A DNA stretch of 64,000 nucleotides from Nanobdellota archaeon (GTDB lineage: Archaea; Nanobdellota; Nanobdellia; PEZQ01), in contig JAAOXS010000003.1 of NCBI GenBank assembly GCA_018220985.1, positions 8,367 to 72,366 of the forward strand, given 5' to 3'. Of this stretch, positions 1 to 9,013 are shown one piece after another. Below the pieces are notes generated by a model. It saw only the letters and a program-made list of their open reading frames with translations. It did not search any database and was not told where the DNA came from. Position 1 is the stretch's first letter. The number at the start of each line of letters is the position of its first letter. The position numbers were made by a program, and so were the translations under genes.

Positions 1-2090
1 TTGCTGAGAGTAGGAATCTTACAAATTTTGTTATGTTATCATATATTGTTCTTCCTTCTTCCACTGCGGCAACAATTGTTGTATAATCATCATCTAAAAG
101 TATTATTTCTGAAGAGTTTTTCGCGACATCAGTTCCTTTTTGTCCCATTGCAATTCCTATGTCCGCGTTTTTTAGTGCGGGGGCGTCGTTCACACCGTCA
201 CCTGTCATTGCTACAATGTTTTCCCCTCCACATTTAAGGGATTTTAGTACACGAACTTTGTGTTCAGGTGAGACTCTTGCGAAAACTGAGACGTTTTTCA
301 GTTTTTTTGTGAGTTCTGAGTCATTCATTCTGTCAAGTTCTTCTCCGGTTATTGCAAGAACATCTCCTTCAACCAGTCCTATTTCTGTTGCTATTGCTTT
401 TGCAGTTACTGCATGGTCCCCTGTTATCATTATTGTTCTTATTCCTGCTTCTCTGGATTTTGTTATTGCGTGTTTTGCTTCTTCTCGTGGGGGGTCGTGC
501 ATTCCAACTATTCCAGCAAAAACAAGGTTTTTCTCTTCTTTTTCAGTTATTTTTTTGTTATGCGTTATTTCTTTGTAAGCGAGTAGTAAAACGCGCAATG
601 CTCTTTTGGACATGTCTTCGGTTTGCAGTAGTATTTCTTTTCTTTTCTGTTCAGTTAATTTTTTGACTCGTCCGTTAGTAAGTATTTTATCGCATTGTTT
701 TAATGTTAATTCTGGCGCGCCTTTGAAGAATAGTTGTTTTTTGTTTTTTAGAATGTAAATTTTGCTCATTTTTTTTCTTGTTGATGTGAAAGGTATTTCA
801 CCAACATACTTGTAATTTTTGAGAGTTTTTCGTGTTATTCCCGCTTTTTGAGCGGATACGAGAAGAGAGCCTTCTGTATGGTCTCCGAGTATTCTCCATT
901 TATTATTATCGTTTTGGAGTTCTGAATTATTGCATAATACTCCTATTTCCAATGCTTTTGTTAAATCAGCATTAGCAGTTGGTTTTATTGTTTTGTTTTC
1001 TTTTAAGAAATTTCCTTTTGGTTCGTAGCCGATTCCTGTTAATTCCACAGTTCCATTTCCCAAATAGTATTCTCTTGCAGTCATCTCATTTTTTGTTAAC
1101 GTGCCTGTTTTATCAGAACAAATTATATTTGTGCTTCCAAGAGTTTCTGCAGCGTTGAGTTTTCGCACTATCGCGTTTTTCTTAGCCATTCTTTGCACGC
1201 CAAGTGCAAGTGTTACTGTTACTATTGCAGGTAATCCTTCAGGTATTGCTGACACTGCCAGGCTTACTGTTATCATAAACATTTCAACAAATTCTCTGCC
1301 TGCAAGTTCACCTAAAACGAATATGAACGCGCTTAAAATAACTACGCCAATTGCTAAGTATTTGCTTAATTTGTTCAAGTCTTTTTGCAAGGGTGTTGTT
1401 TTTGCTTCAGCTGTTTGCACGAGTTCTGTTATTGCGCCAATTCTTGTGTGCATGCCTGTGTTAATTATAACAGCTTGTCCTGACCCGCTCATAACAACTG
1501 ACCCCATGAAAACAAGATTTGTCCGTTCTGCAAGGGGTGTTGTTTCTTTTAGTTGTTCAAATGTTTTAGTTATTGCTTGAGATTCTCCTGTTAATAAAGA
1601 TTCATCAATCATTAGGCTGGCACAATTTGTTATTCTAGCATCAGCTGGAATGCTCATTCCTTCTTCTAAAAATATTATATCTCCTGGCACGAGTTCGCGT
1701 GCGAGGACTTCTTGTTTTTCCCCGTTTCGCATTATTATTGCGTGAGGAGTTGTTAATTTTTTTAAGGATTCAAGTGCTTTTTCAGCTTTGAATTCTTGTA
1801 CGAACCCAAGAGTGGCGTTTAATACAATTATAATTCCGATTACTCCTGCATCCAAGTATTCGCCTAACACTGCTGACACTACTGCTGCGAAAATTAGTAT
1901 TAAAACCATAACTCCTTTGAATTGAGATATTAACAATTTTAGGGCTGAGAACTTTTTTTTATCAGCTAATTCGTTGAAGCCGTGTTTTTCAAGTAAGGTT
2001 TTCGCTTTTGCACTTGTTAAACCTTGTTTTGACGTTTTTAAGTCTTTAAGGACTTTTTCAACTGGCTGAGAATATTCTTTTCCCTCCATG
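1..2090 (-). CDS. P-type cation-transporting ATPase (type II-like). Partial: the C-terminal part runs off the window start.
   Basis: The reverse-strand translation starts MEGKEYSQPVEKVLKDLK from the ATG complement at 2088-2090. The DKTGTLT phosphorylation motif lies at about 1092-1112 (revcomp ICSDKTGTLT). The MTGDGVNDAPAL hinge motif lies at about 150-200. The listed + strand ORFs at 159-1580 are antisense artifacts. Confidence 0.85.
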
Positions 2091-2166
2091 TGTTATTATT
2101 CGGATTTTGCGGTTTTTAACTGTTTTCAAGCAAACATTTAATTTTTTCAACCATGTAGTTTTTGTT

Positions 2167-2790
2167 ATGAAAAAATGTGTTGTGCTGATTAGTTCAGGTT
2201 TTGATTCTTCAGTTGCAGCGTATTTAATGAGTAAAAATTGTGATGTTATTTTGTTGCATTTTGATTCTTGGCCTTTTGTTTCAGGGAAGAGTTTGGATCG
2301 TGTTAAGAGTTTGAGAAAAGTTCTTGAAAAGTTTACTGGTAAAAAGTTTGTTTTGTATTGTATTAGCAATGCTTTGGTGCAGAAAAGGTTGTACGAAAAT
2401 TTAGGCGCGTTGCGTTGTGTTCTTTGTAAGCGCTCAATGTACAAGTTAGCTGGTGTTGTTGCTAAAAAGTTAAGTGCTGATTTTTTGGTTACGGGTGATA
2501 ATGTTGGTCAAGTCGCGTCTCAAACAATTAGTAATTTAAAAATTCTTGATGCCGCTGTTGAGTTGTCTGTTTTAAAGCCGTTAATCGCGTATGATAAGCA
2601 AGAAATTATTTCTTTATCAAAGAGTATTGGAACTTTTAGTATTTCAAGTCTTCCTGGAATTAGTTGTAAAATAGTTCCGAATAGGCCTGCTACAAAGTCT
2701 ATTTTAGATGATGTTGAAAGGTTGGAGAAAAAATTGGATTTGGATATTGTTTTTAAGGATTGTTTATCAACTCTCAAGTTGGTTAAGTAG
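2167..2790 (+). CDS. thiI: Stand-alone ThiI-type PP-loop domain protein (tRNA sulfurtransferase catalytic half).
   Basis: PP-loop LISSGFDSSVAAYLM right after the ATG at 2167 (the listed ORF begins at an upstream TTG at 2107). GDNVGQVASQT motif. CVLC CxxC plus a SCK Cys, as in methanogen-type ThiI. No THUMP domain. Confidence 0.65.
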   Translation: MKKCVVLISSGFDSSVAAYLMSKNCDVILLHFDSWPFVSGKSLDRVKSLRKVLEKFTGKKFVLYCISNALVQKRLYENLGALRCVLCKRSMYKLAGVVAKKLSADFLVTGDNVGQVASQTISNLKILDAAVELSVLKPLIAYDKQEIISLSKSIGTFSISSLPGISCKIVPNRPATKSILDDVERLEKKLDLDIVFKDCLSTLKLVK

Positions 2791-3372
2791 TTTTATTAGT
2801 TTTTTTTCATTGTTTATTAGGTAGTCTGGTTTTGCTTTTTCTAATCGTGTTTTAGTATGAAATCCCCATGTTACTGCAATTGTTGTTAAATCGTTTTTTT
2901 TGGCAGCTTGAATGTCTTGTTCTGTGTCGCCTACGTAAACTTTGCTTTTGATTTGTTCAAGTGTTTTCTTTATTAGTTTTGTTTTATTTGATGTGCCCAT
3001 CTCTGTTGATGATATTATTATTTTTGGTTTTATCCTTGCTTTGTCGCATAATTGTTTTACTGATTTTGAGAAGCCTGATGTTACAACTCCGAATTCTTTG
3101 TTTTTCAAGTATTCTGCGAGTTCAGGTATTATTTCTTGTTTAATTATGTTTTCAGCGTATATTTGTTTTATCATTGTTACTAGTTGTTTTTTGTTTTTTT
3201 CAAAGTCTATGTTTAAAACGTTCTTTACGAATTCGTGCCATTCAGGGTTAAGTTTTTCTCTGAATTCTTTTTCAGTGAGTTTTACGTTAAACGTTTTTCC
3301 TACTTCTTTCCATTGTTCGTAAATCATTTTCCAATTTTTTACTAGTGTGCCGTCAAAATCGAAAAGTATCAT
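2767..3372 (-). CDS. HAD-superfamily hydrolase (phosphatase).
   Basis: N-terminal MILFDFDGTLV motif I (DxDGT). About 200 aa, typical HAD size. Confidence 0.7.
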   Translation of the reverse strand: MILFDFDGTLVKNWKMIYEQWKEVGKTFNVKLTEKEFREKLNPEWHEFVKNVLNIDFEKNKKQLVTMIKQIYAENIIKQEIIPELAEYLKNKEFGVVTSGFSKSVKQLCDKARIKPKIIISSTEMGTSNKTKLIKKTLEQIKSKVYVGDTEQDIQAAKKNDLTTIAVTWGFHTKTRLEKAKPDYLINNEKKLIKLLNQLES

Positions 3373-3449
3373 TGTTAAGAGTTAGTTGTTTTTTTATTTT
3401 AAAGTTATGTTTCATCAATTTTTTCGAGATTTTATAAACATTTATACTT

Positions 3450-4304
3450 GTGAACTTTCTTATTATTTTTGTTGTGAGATTTGATTGTTTTATTGTAAGG
3501 TATTCTGAAATAAGTTTGAAAGGAAGGGGAACGCGTTTTATGATGGAAAAGTTGTTGATGAAAAGTATTCGAACAGCGTTGTTTAAAGCTAATTTAAAGG
3601 GCAAGGTTAGAAAGTCTCATTCAAGAATCATTATTGATTGTGGAAATAAAAAATTGGTTGATGAGTTACGGTTTGTTCCTGGAATTGCGAGTTATTCTCC
3701 TTGTTTGAAAAAAAGTTTTAATGATGTTTACGTTAGTGTTAAAAAATTTGTTAGTGTTAAAAAGCCGAAAACGTTCAGGATTAGTTCTCAGCGAGTTAAT
3801 AAAAATGTTAGCAAAACAAGTGTGAGTTATGATATGGATTTAGGTGCGCGTGTTGTTGATGATTTTGGTTTGAAAGTTAATTTGCGCAGTCCTGAATTGA
3901 ATATTGGCGTGGAATTTATTGATGTGTCGTATGTTTTTACAAAAAAATATTCGGGTATGGGTGGTTTGCCTCAAAACACGCGTAATAAGTTTTCTGCTTT
4001 GATAGATTCTAAAAAATCATTGGTTGCTGCTTTATTGTTGATTAAGAGAGGTTTGTTTCCAAATTTTTTTTGCGTTAAAAAAGGGTGTGTTGATGGGTTA
4101 GATGATTTCTTGTTTTACAATTATGATATTGTTTATATTGATGATTGGAGGGATGTTGAGGGTAAAGTCGTTTCTGTTGGTTGGGGTTTAGAAAAATTGA
4201 ATAGGATTAATGCTTTGAAGGATAGAGGTTGTCTTGTTTTAACCCCTGTTGTGAATTCTGAAGCCACATTTATTAATAAGTACAAAACTTTTTTAAACAA
4301 ATAA
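3450..4304 (+). CDS. ThiI-like NFLD-THUMP protein with a degenerate, truncated PP-loop (tRNA-binding half of a split ThiI).
   Basis: VRYSEISLKGRGTRFMMEKL matches the ThiI N-terminus. The THUMP domain ends GMGGLP and is followed by SALIDSKKSLVAALLLIKRG in place of the LSGGIDSPVAA P-loop. The ORF then stops about 90 aa later. A GTG at 3474 is an alternative start. Confidence 0.55.
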   Translation: MNFLIIFVVRFDCFIVRYSEISLKGRGTRFMMEKLLMKSIRTALFKANLKGKVRKSHSRIIIDCGNKKLVDELRFVPGIASYSPCLKKSFNDVYVSVKKFVSVKKPKTFRISSQRVNKNVSKTSVSYDMDLGARVVDDFGLKVNLRSPELNIGVEFIDVSYVFTKKYSGMGGLPQNTRNKFSALIDSKKSLVAALLLIKRGLFPNFFCVKKGCVDGLDDFLFYNYDIVYIDDWRDVEGKVVSVGWGLEKLNRINALKDRGCLVLTPVVNSEATFINKYKTFLNK

Positions 4305-4320
4305 TTGTTTGCGGTTTTTT

Positions 4321-4632
4321 ATGATAAACATTGATGAGTCTAACTTTGAAGATAAAGTTTTAAAAAACAGTAAACCTGTTGTTGTCGATTTTTGGGCGCC
4401 TTGGTGTCAGCCTTGTTTAAGGTTCGGACCAATTTTTGAGGAGTTAAGTAAATCTCGTAATGAGGTTTTCGTTAAATTAAATGTTGATGAACATCCGCGA
4501 ATCGCATCACAATTTAGTGTGATGAGTATTCCAACTATTAAAATTTTTAAGGGTGGTAAAATTATGGGTGAAGTAGTCGGTTCTTTAGATAAAGAGTCTT
4601 TTTCAAAAAAAATTGATGGAATATTAAAATGA
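4321..4632 (+). CDS. trxA: Thioredoxin.
   Basis: WAPWCQPC active site. About 100 aa. The first ATG is at 4321 (the ORF is listed from a TTG at 4309). Confidence 0.85.
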   Translation: MINIDESNFEDKVLKNSKPVVVDFWAPWCQPCLRFGPIFEELSKSRNEVFVKLNVDEHPRIASQFSVMSIPTIKIFKGGKIMGEVVGSLDKESFSKKIDGILK

Positions 4633-5843
4633 GTAATTTTAGTGATGCGTTAAAAAAAGTAAGTAAAGCAGGTAAACTGCTTGAAGAAGATGTTAGTATT
4701 CTTGAAAGTCCTCAAAGAGTTATTGGCGTTAGTTTTCCAACAAGTATTGGAGGACAAACTCGTGTGATTAGCGGTTATCGTGTTCAGTACAATAATGCTC
4801 GAGGCCCGTTTAAGGGTGGTATTCGTTTTCATCATTCTGTTGATTTGGATGAGGTTAAAACTCTTGCGTTGTTAATGGCTGTTAAGTGCGCTGTTGTTAA
4901 TGTACCATTTGGTGGTGGTAAGGGTGGAGTAGTTATTGACCCTCGTGGTTTGAGTAGTGGTGATTTGGAAGGTGTTAGTCGTGGTTTTATTCGTGAGTTG
5001 AAGGATGTTGTAGGTGAAAAAAAAGATGTGCCCGCGCCTGATGTTTATACTTCTCCGCAAGTTATGGCTTGGATGCTTGACGAGTACGAAAAAATTACGG
5101 GAAAGCACGCTCCGGGAGTTATCACTGGTAAGCCTTTAGAATTAGGAGGTAGTGAAGGTCGTTCTTATGCTACTGCTCTTGGCGGTTTTTTTGTGCTGGA
5201 TTTTTTTAGGAAGTTTTTGAAGGAGAAAAGGTTTTCTGTTGCAGTTCAAGGTTTTGGTAATGCTGGTAGTCATGTTGCAAGAATATTGTGGGAAAATGGC
5301 CATAAAGTGGTTGCTGTTAGTGACAGTAAAGGAGGAGTTTATGACGTTAATGGTTTGAACGTGCCTTCAATTATTGAGGCTAAAAATGATAAGGGAAGTG
5401 TTCAATCTTTTAAAAGTAAGAATATTAGTAATGATGATTTATTAGGTCTTAAAGTAGATGTTCTTGTTTTATCAGCTATGGAAAACACAGTTCATAAGGG
5501 TAATGTTAGTAATGTTAAGTCTCGTATTGTTTTAGAGTTAGCTAATGGTCCTATTACAAGTGATGCTGATAGTGTTTTAGAGAAGCAGGGGATTACTGTT
5601 ATTCCTGATGTTTTAGCAAATGCGGGTGGTGTTGCAGTTAGTTATTTTGAGTGGGTTCAAAACTTGCAGGGTTTTTATTGGAGTGAGGATGAAGTTAATC
5701 AAAAGTTAAAAGTGTTAATGGATAATGCATCTCAATCAATTATTAAAACTAAAGCAGAATTTGATACAAGTTTTAGAATTGCAGCTTTTGTTTTAGGTGT
5801 TAAAAAAATTCTTGACGCTGAGAAGTTACGTGGTCGTATCTGA
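4629..5843 (+). CDS. gdhA: Glutamate dehydrogenase (Glu/Leu/Phe/Val dehydrogenase family).
   Basis: PFGGGKGG glycine-rich catalytic motif. GFGNAGS NAD(P)-binding motif. 404 aa. Its start overlaps the trx stop by 4 nt. Confidence 0.9.
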   Translation: MSNFSDALKKVSKAGKLLEEDVSILESPQRVIGVSFPTSIGGQTRVISGYRVQYNNARGPFKGGIRFHHSVDLDEVKTLALLMAVKCAVVNVPFGGGKGGVVIDPRGLSSGDLEGVSRGFIRELKDVVGEKKDVPAPDVYTSPQVMAWMLDEYEKITGKHAPGVITGKPLELGGSEGRSYATALGGFFVLDFFRKFLKEKRFSVAVQGFGNAGSHVARILWENGHKVVAVSDSKGGVYDVNGLNVPSIIEAKNDKGSVQSFKSKNISNDDLLGLKVDVLVLSAMENTVHKGNVSNVKSRIVLELANGPITSDADSVLEKQGITVIPDVLANAGGVAVSYFEWVQNLQGFYWSEDEVNQKLKVLMDNASQSIIKTKAEFDTSFRIAAFVLGVKKILDAEKLRGRI

Positions 5844-6047
5844 AAGTTTTTTGTTCAGGTCGTCTAATAATTTTTTCAGGTTTATTCCATGAGCTTCTGC
5901 TCCTTGCTCTACTGTTTCGTGAAATGCCATTCCACACATCGCGCAGGGCAGTCCATGTTCCATGAATATTTGTGCTGATTCAGGGTGTTTGCTAACAACG
6001 TCTCCTAAGAGCATGTTTTTAGTTATTTTTTGCTTTTTTTGTTTCAT
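5826..6047 (-). CDS. DUF1858-type small redox disulfide protein (hybrid-cluster-associated family).
   Basis: ITKNMLLGDVVSKHPESAQIF...GLPCAMCGMA, 73 aa. Confidence 0.6.
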   Translation of the reverse strand: MKQKKQKITKNMLLGDVVSKHPESAQIFMEHGLPCAMCGMAFHETVEQGAEAHGINLKKLLDDLNKKLSDTTT

Positions 6048-6396
6048 AGTTTTTTATTACGTTTTGCAATGCCTCCATTCCAAGTATTGAGCAGTGAATT
6101 TTTATTGGTGGTAATTTTCCAAGTTCGTTTAATATGTCCTGGCTCTTTATTTTTTTCGCTTCAGTTATTGTTTTTCCTTTTGCAAGTTCGCATAGCGCGT
6201 CTGAGCAAGCGATTGCAGCTATGCATCCGTAAGTTTGAAATTTTACGTCTATTATTTTTTCGTTCTCTACTTTTAAGTATATTTTCATAACGTCACCGCA
6301 ACGTGGGTTTCCTTCTTCACCTATTGCATCTGCGTCTTTCATTTCTCCCGAGTTCTTCGGGTTTGAGAATCTGTCAACTACTTTTTTTGAGTACAT
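6019..6396 (-). CDS. iscU: IscU/NifU-type Fe-S cluster scaffold.
   Basis: NPRCGDVM, YGCIAAIACS and ALCEL motifs carry the three conserved Cys. 125 aa. Confidence 0.85.
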   Translation of the reverse strand: MYSKKVVDRFSNPKNSGEMKDADAIGEEGNPRCGDVMKIYLKVENEKIIDVKFQTYGCIAAIACSDALCELAKGKTITEAKKIKSQDILNELGKLPPIKIHCSILGMEALQNVIKNYETKKAKNN

Positions 6397-7552
6397 AGTC
6401 CACCACTTTTGATAACGGAGATATTCTCCTTAATTTTGTTACAATTCCGGGTAATTCTTGCAGTAAGTAATTTATTTCTTCTTGAGTTGTGAATCTGCTA
6501 AGAGTTATTCTTACACTACTATTAGCTTGTTCTGGTGTTCTTCCAATAGCTGTTATCACATGGCTTGGTTCAAGCGTGTGCGATGAGCAGGCCGAGCCTG
6601 TTGATGATGCTATTTCTTTCAAGTCTAAGTATCCTCCAAGTGCTTCGCCTTCTATTCCTTGAAAACAAAAGTTTGTGTTATTGCATAATCGTTTATTCCC
6701 TGTTGGACCGTTTAATTCCACGTTTGGTATTTCAAGAACGCCTTTGATAAGGTTATCTCTTAATTTTGTCATTCTTTCTACGTGTTCAGGTTTCATTGCG
6801 ATTCTAACTGCTTCTCCGAAACCTACGATTCCATGAATGTTTTCAGTGCTTGAGCGCATTCCTCTTTCGTGTCCGCCACCATGTTGCCATGCGTCTATTT
6901 CAGTGCCTGTTTTAATGTATAGTGCACCAACACCTTTTGGTCCGTTGAGTTTGTGAGCGTTAATTGTTGCCATGTCTAAATCTTGTTCTTTCACGTCAAG
7001 TTTTGTTTTAGTGTAGCTTTGGCATGCGTCTGTGTGAAAGTACACGTCGTGTTCGTGGCTTATTTTTGTTAGTTCTTTTAAGTTTTGTATTGTTCCTATT
7101 TCGTTGTTGCCATGAATTGCTGAGAACAGAATTGTTTTTTTTGTAATCGCGTTTTGTAATTCGTCTGTTTTAACAAATCCGTTTTCATCCACGTTCAAGT
7201 ACGTGATTTTAAATCCTTGTTTTTCTAACCATTTGCAACTATGTAGTACACAGTCATGGTCTATTTTTGTTGTTATTATGTGATTTCCTTTTTCGCGGTT
7301 AGTAAATGCTGTGCTTTTTAGGGCAAAATTGTTTGATTCAGTGCCTCCGCTTGTAAATATTATTTCTTCTGGTTTTGCTCGTATTGATTTCGCTATTGTT
7401 TCACGCGCGTCTTCCATTGCGTGTTTTGCTTCTTGTCCCCATGAGTGTCCTGATGATGCGTTGCCGTATTTTTGTGTGAAGTATGGCTTCATTTTTTCAA
7501 GTATTTTCGGGTCAACTTTTGTTGATGCTCCGCTATCCAAGTATGTTTTCAT
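6374..7552 (-). CDS. iscS: Cysteine desulfurase (IscS/NifS, class V aminotransferase).
   Basis: MKTYLDSGASTKVDP N-terminus. HKLNGPKG PLP-lysine motif. SSGSACSS active-site Cys loop. The ORF may instead start at 7588. Confidence 0.9.
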   Translation of the reverse strand: MKTYLDSGASTKVDPKILEKMKPYFTQKYGNASSGHSWGQEAKHAMEDARETIAKSIRAKPEEIIFTSGGTESNNFALKSTAFTNREKGNHIITTKIDHDCVLHSCKWLEKQGFKITYLNVDENGFVKTDELQNAITKKTILFSAIHGNNEIGTIQNLKELTKISHEHDVYFHTDACQSYTKTKLDVKEQDLDMATINAHKLNGPKGVGALYIKTGTEIDAWQHGGGHERGMRSSTENIHGIVGFGEAVRIAMKPEHVERMTKLRDNLIKGVLEIPNVELNGPTGNKRLCNNTNFCFQGIEGEALGGYLDLKEIASSTGSACSSHTLEPSHVITAIGRTPEQANSSVRITLSRFTTQEEINYLLQELPGIVTKLRRISPLSKVVDYVLKKSS

Positions 7553-7919
7553 AACAGTCGCAACCTCCACATTCAATTGTTTCGTCAAGTTTTTTGTGCA
7601 GTTCGCATAGTACCATGTTTTTTCTAGCTTCTCTGCAAATGTTTTGTGTTTGTTTTATTAGATTAACTTTTGAAGGGTTTTTTAGTATATTTTCAGCTGC
7701 TTCTTTTATTTTTTGTTTTGTTTCTTCGCGGAAAACAACTTGTTTTGCGCGTTTGTTTTTCATGTACTGTGAGACAGCTGGTTCAGTGATGTACAATTTC
7801 TTCGCTATTTCTTTTTGCGTTAGCCCTTTTTTTTTAAGAGTTAGTGCTAGTTCTTTTCTAATCGCTGGAATAATGTACCAGACTTCTAATTCTTGGGGCA
7901 TGTTAACAACCATAAACAA
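7533..7919 (-). CDS. HTH transcriptional regulator with a C-terminal Cys cluster (candidate Fe-S sensing regulator of the isc genes).
   Basis: HTH LTQKEIAKKLYITEPAVSQYM. C-terminus CELHKK...ECGGCDC (4 Cys). Heads the iscS-iscU operon, overlapping the iscS start. Confidence 0.5.
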   Translation of the reverse strand: MFMVVNMPQELEVWYIIPAIRKELALTLKKKGLTQKEIAKKLYITEPAVSQYMKNKRAKQVVFREETKQKIKEAAENILKNPSKVNLIKQTQNICREARKNMVLCELHKKLDETIECGGCDCYENILG

Positions 7920-7959
7920 ATTTAATTAACAATAGTTAATTTATAAGGTTTTCTAGTTA

Positions 7960-8253
7960 TTATTTTTGTTCGATTAATTCGAGTAAAGTATTATGTAAAG
8001 TATTTATGTTATTTTCATATCTTATATTATTTATTTTTTTGATTAATTCTTTGTTTAATGGCTCGTTTGGTATTGGATCATGTTCAATATTATAAGCTAA
8101 AAGTATTTCTAGCAAAAATTTAAGTTCGTGAGTGCAACATTTTATTTCTTTTTGTAGTTCTTGTGGAATTCCTGATTTTTCTTTATTCAAGTATCTTATC
8201 GTAAGTGTTACTATTTTACATAGATAAATTTGGTTTTCAATTTCATCATACAT
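7960..8253 (-). CDS. Hypothetical protein.
   Basis: 97-aa ORF with no recognisable motif. Confidence 0.3.
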   Translation of the reverse strand: MYDEIENQIYLCKIVTLTIRYLNKEKSGIPQELQKEIKCCTHELKFLLEILLAYNIEHDPIPNEPLNKELIKKINNIRYENNINTLHNTLLELIEQK

Positions 8254-8415
8254 TTTTTTTTCTTATTTATTCAATCAAATTTTTTTTGAGTTTTTCTTTT
8301 GCTAAAGTTTTCTTTTTCCAAGGTTTTTCTTAGTTTTTGTTTATTTTTTTGGTACAAGAAAACATTTCTTGTTTTCTGTACACAAAAGATTTGCTTTTGT
8401 TGTAAAGCTTTTTTC

Positions 8416-8436
8416 TTTTTTGAAAAGAAAAAAGGT
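8416..8436 (-). terminator. Hairpin plus oligo-T tract immediately 3' of tRNA-Val.
   Basis: CTTTTTT GAAAAG AAAAAAG inverted repeat. T-runs on the minus strand directly after the tRNA 3' end. Confidence 0.35.
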
Positions 8437-8441
8437 TTTAG

Positions 8442-8514
8442 TGGGCTCGGGCGGAATTGAACCGCCGATCTCCACCTTGTGAAGGTGGCGTCATAACCAC
8501 TAAACTACGAGCCC
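8442..8514 (-). tRNA. tRNA-Val (anticodon CAC).
   Basis: Minus-strand cloverleaf: acceptor GGGCUCG/CGAGCCC, anticodon stem CCACC/GGUGG with loop UUCACAA, GGUUCAAUUCC T-loop. CCA is not encoded. Confidence 0.85.
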
Positions 8515-8527
8515 GTTAGTTTATATC

Positions 8528-9013
8528 TTATTTTTCGTCTATTTTATAATGATTTCGTGCTTTGCCGGGGTCAATAAACCCTAATCGCGCTGCTGAGTCA
8601 AGCAGTCCGAAAACGTAACTGCATAGTTCAAAACATTCTAGTAAATCGCCTTTTTTGTAAAAGTGTTCAGCATCTTTTGCGTAACTATTTATTAGTTTCA
8701 GCAAGTCTTGCGCTTTGTTTTCTTTTGAGGTGAGTTTCAGTTCTTTCAGCGCGTATTTTACGCGTCCTAATTCTTTTTCAGCTTTGTTTTTCATTTTTGA
8801 CTCCCAGAATTCTTTCGCTGCGAGAACATGTGAGCATGTTTTGTGTTTTATAGCATTATAACGGCAATCACAATGCCAGCCTATTTTTTCTTTGTCAAAA
8901 AAAACTGAGTGAGGTTCGTTTGAGTTTACTGTAAAGTAAATTCTCTTGTCAGTATTCATGTCTAATTTGATTTTCCCGTTTTTGCATAATTCTTTTGCTT
9001 TTTCTTCTTTCAT
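8528..9013 (-). CDS. SWIM-type zinc-finger protein.
   Basis: WHCDCRYNAIKHKTCSHV is a CxCx(n)CxH SWIM signature. 161 aa. Its start overlaps the stop of upstream ncsA by 4 nt. Confidence 0.55.
   Translation of the reverse strand: MKEEKAKELCKNGKIKLDMNTDKRIYFTVNSNEPHSVFFDKEKIGWHCDCRYNAIKHKTCSHVLAAKEFWESKMKNKAEKELGRVKYALKELKLTSKENKAQDLLKLINSYAKDAEHFYKKGDLLECFELCSYVFGLLDSAARLGFIDPGKARNHYKIDEK

Noticed and set aside
159-1580. Three + strand ORFs (139, 104 and 159 aa) inside the first 2 kb.
   Set aside because: They are low-complexity Leu/Phe/Ser-rich translations antisense to a clearly conserved P-type ATPase. The DKTGTLT and MTGDGVNDAPAL motifs read on the minus strand.
2107-2166. The longer N-terminal extension of the ThiI PP-loop ORF, and similar TTG/GTG-initiated extensions at 4309, 12612, 15242, 35473 and 40768.
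   Set aside because: The extensions start at non-ATG codons listed by the ORF finder. They encode hydrophobic junk and overlap upstream genes, while in-frame ATGs just downstream give N-termini matching family consensus.
8254-8440. A possible ncRNA (RNase P/SRP/7S) in the 190-bp non-coding spacer.
   Set aside because: The sequence is almost entirely T/A homopolymer tracts with one short hairpin. It has no GC-rich helices or conserved RNA motifs (no CR-I/CR-V, no SRP Alu/S-domain).
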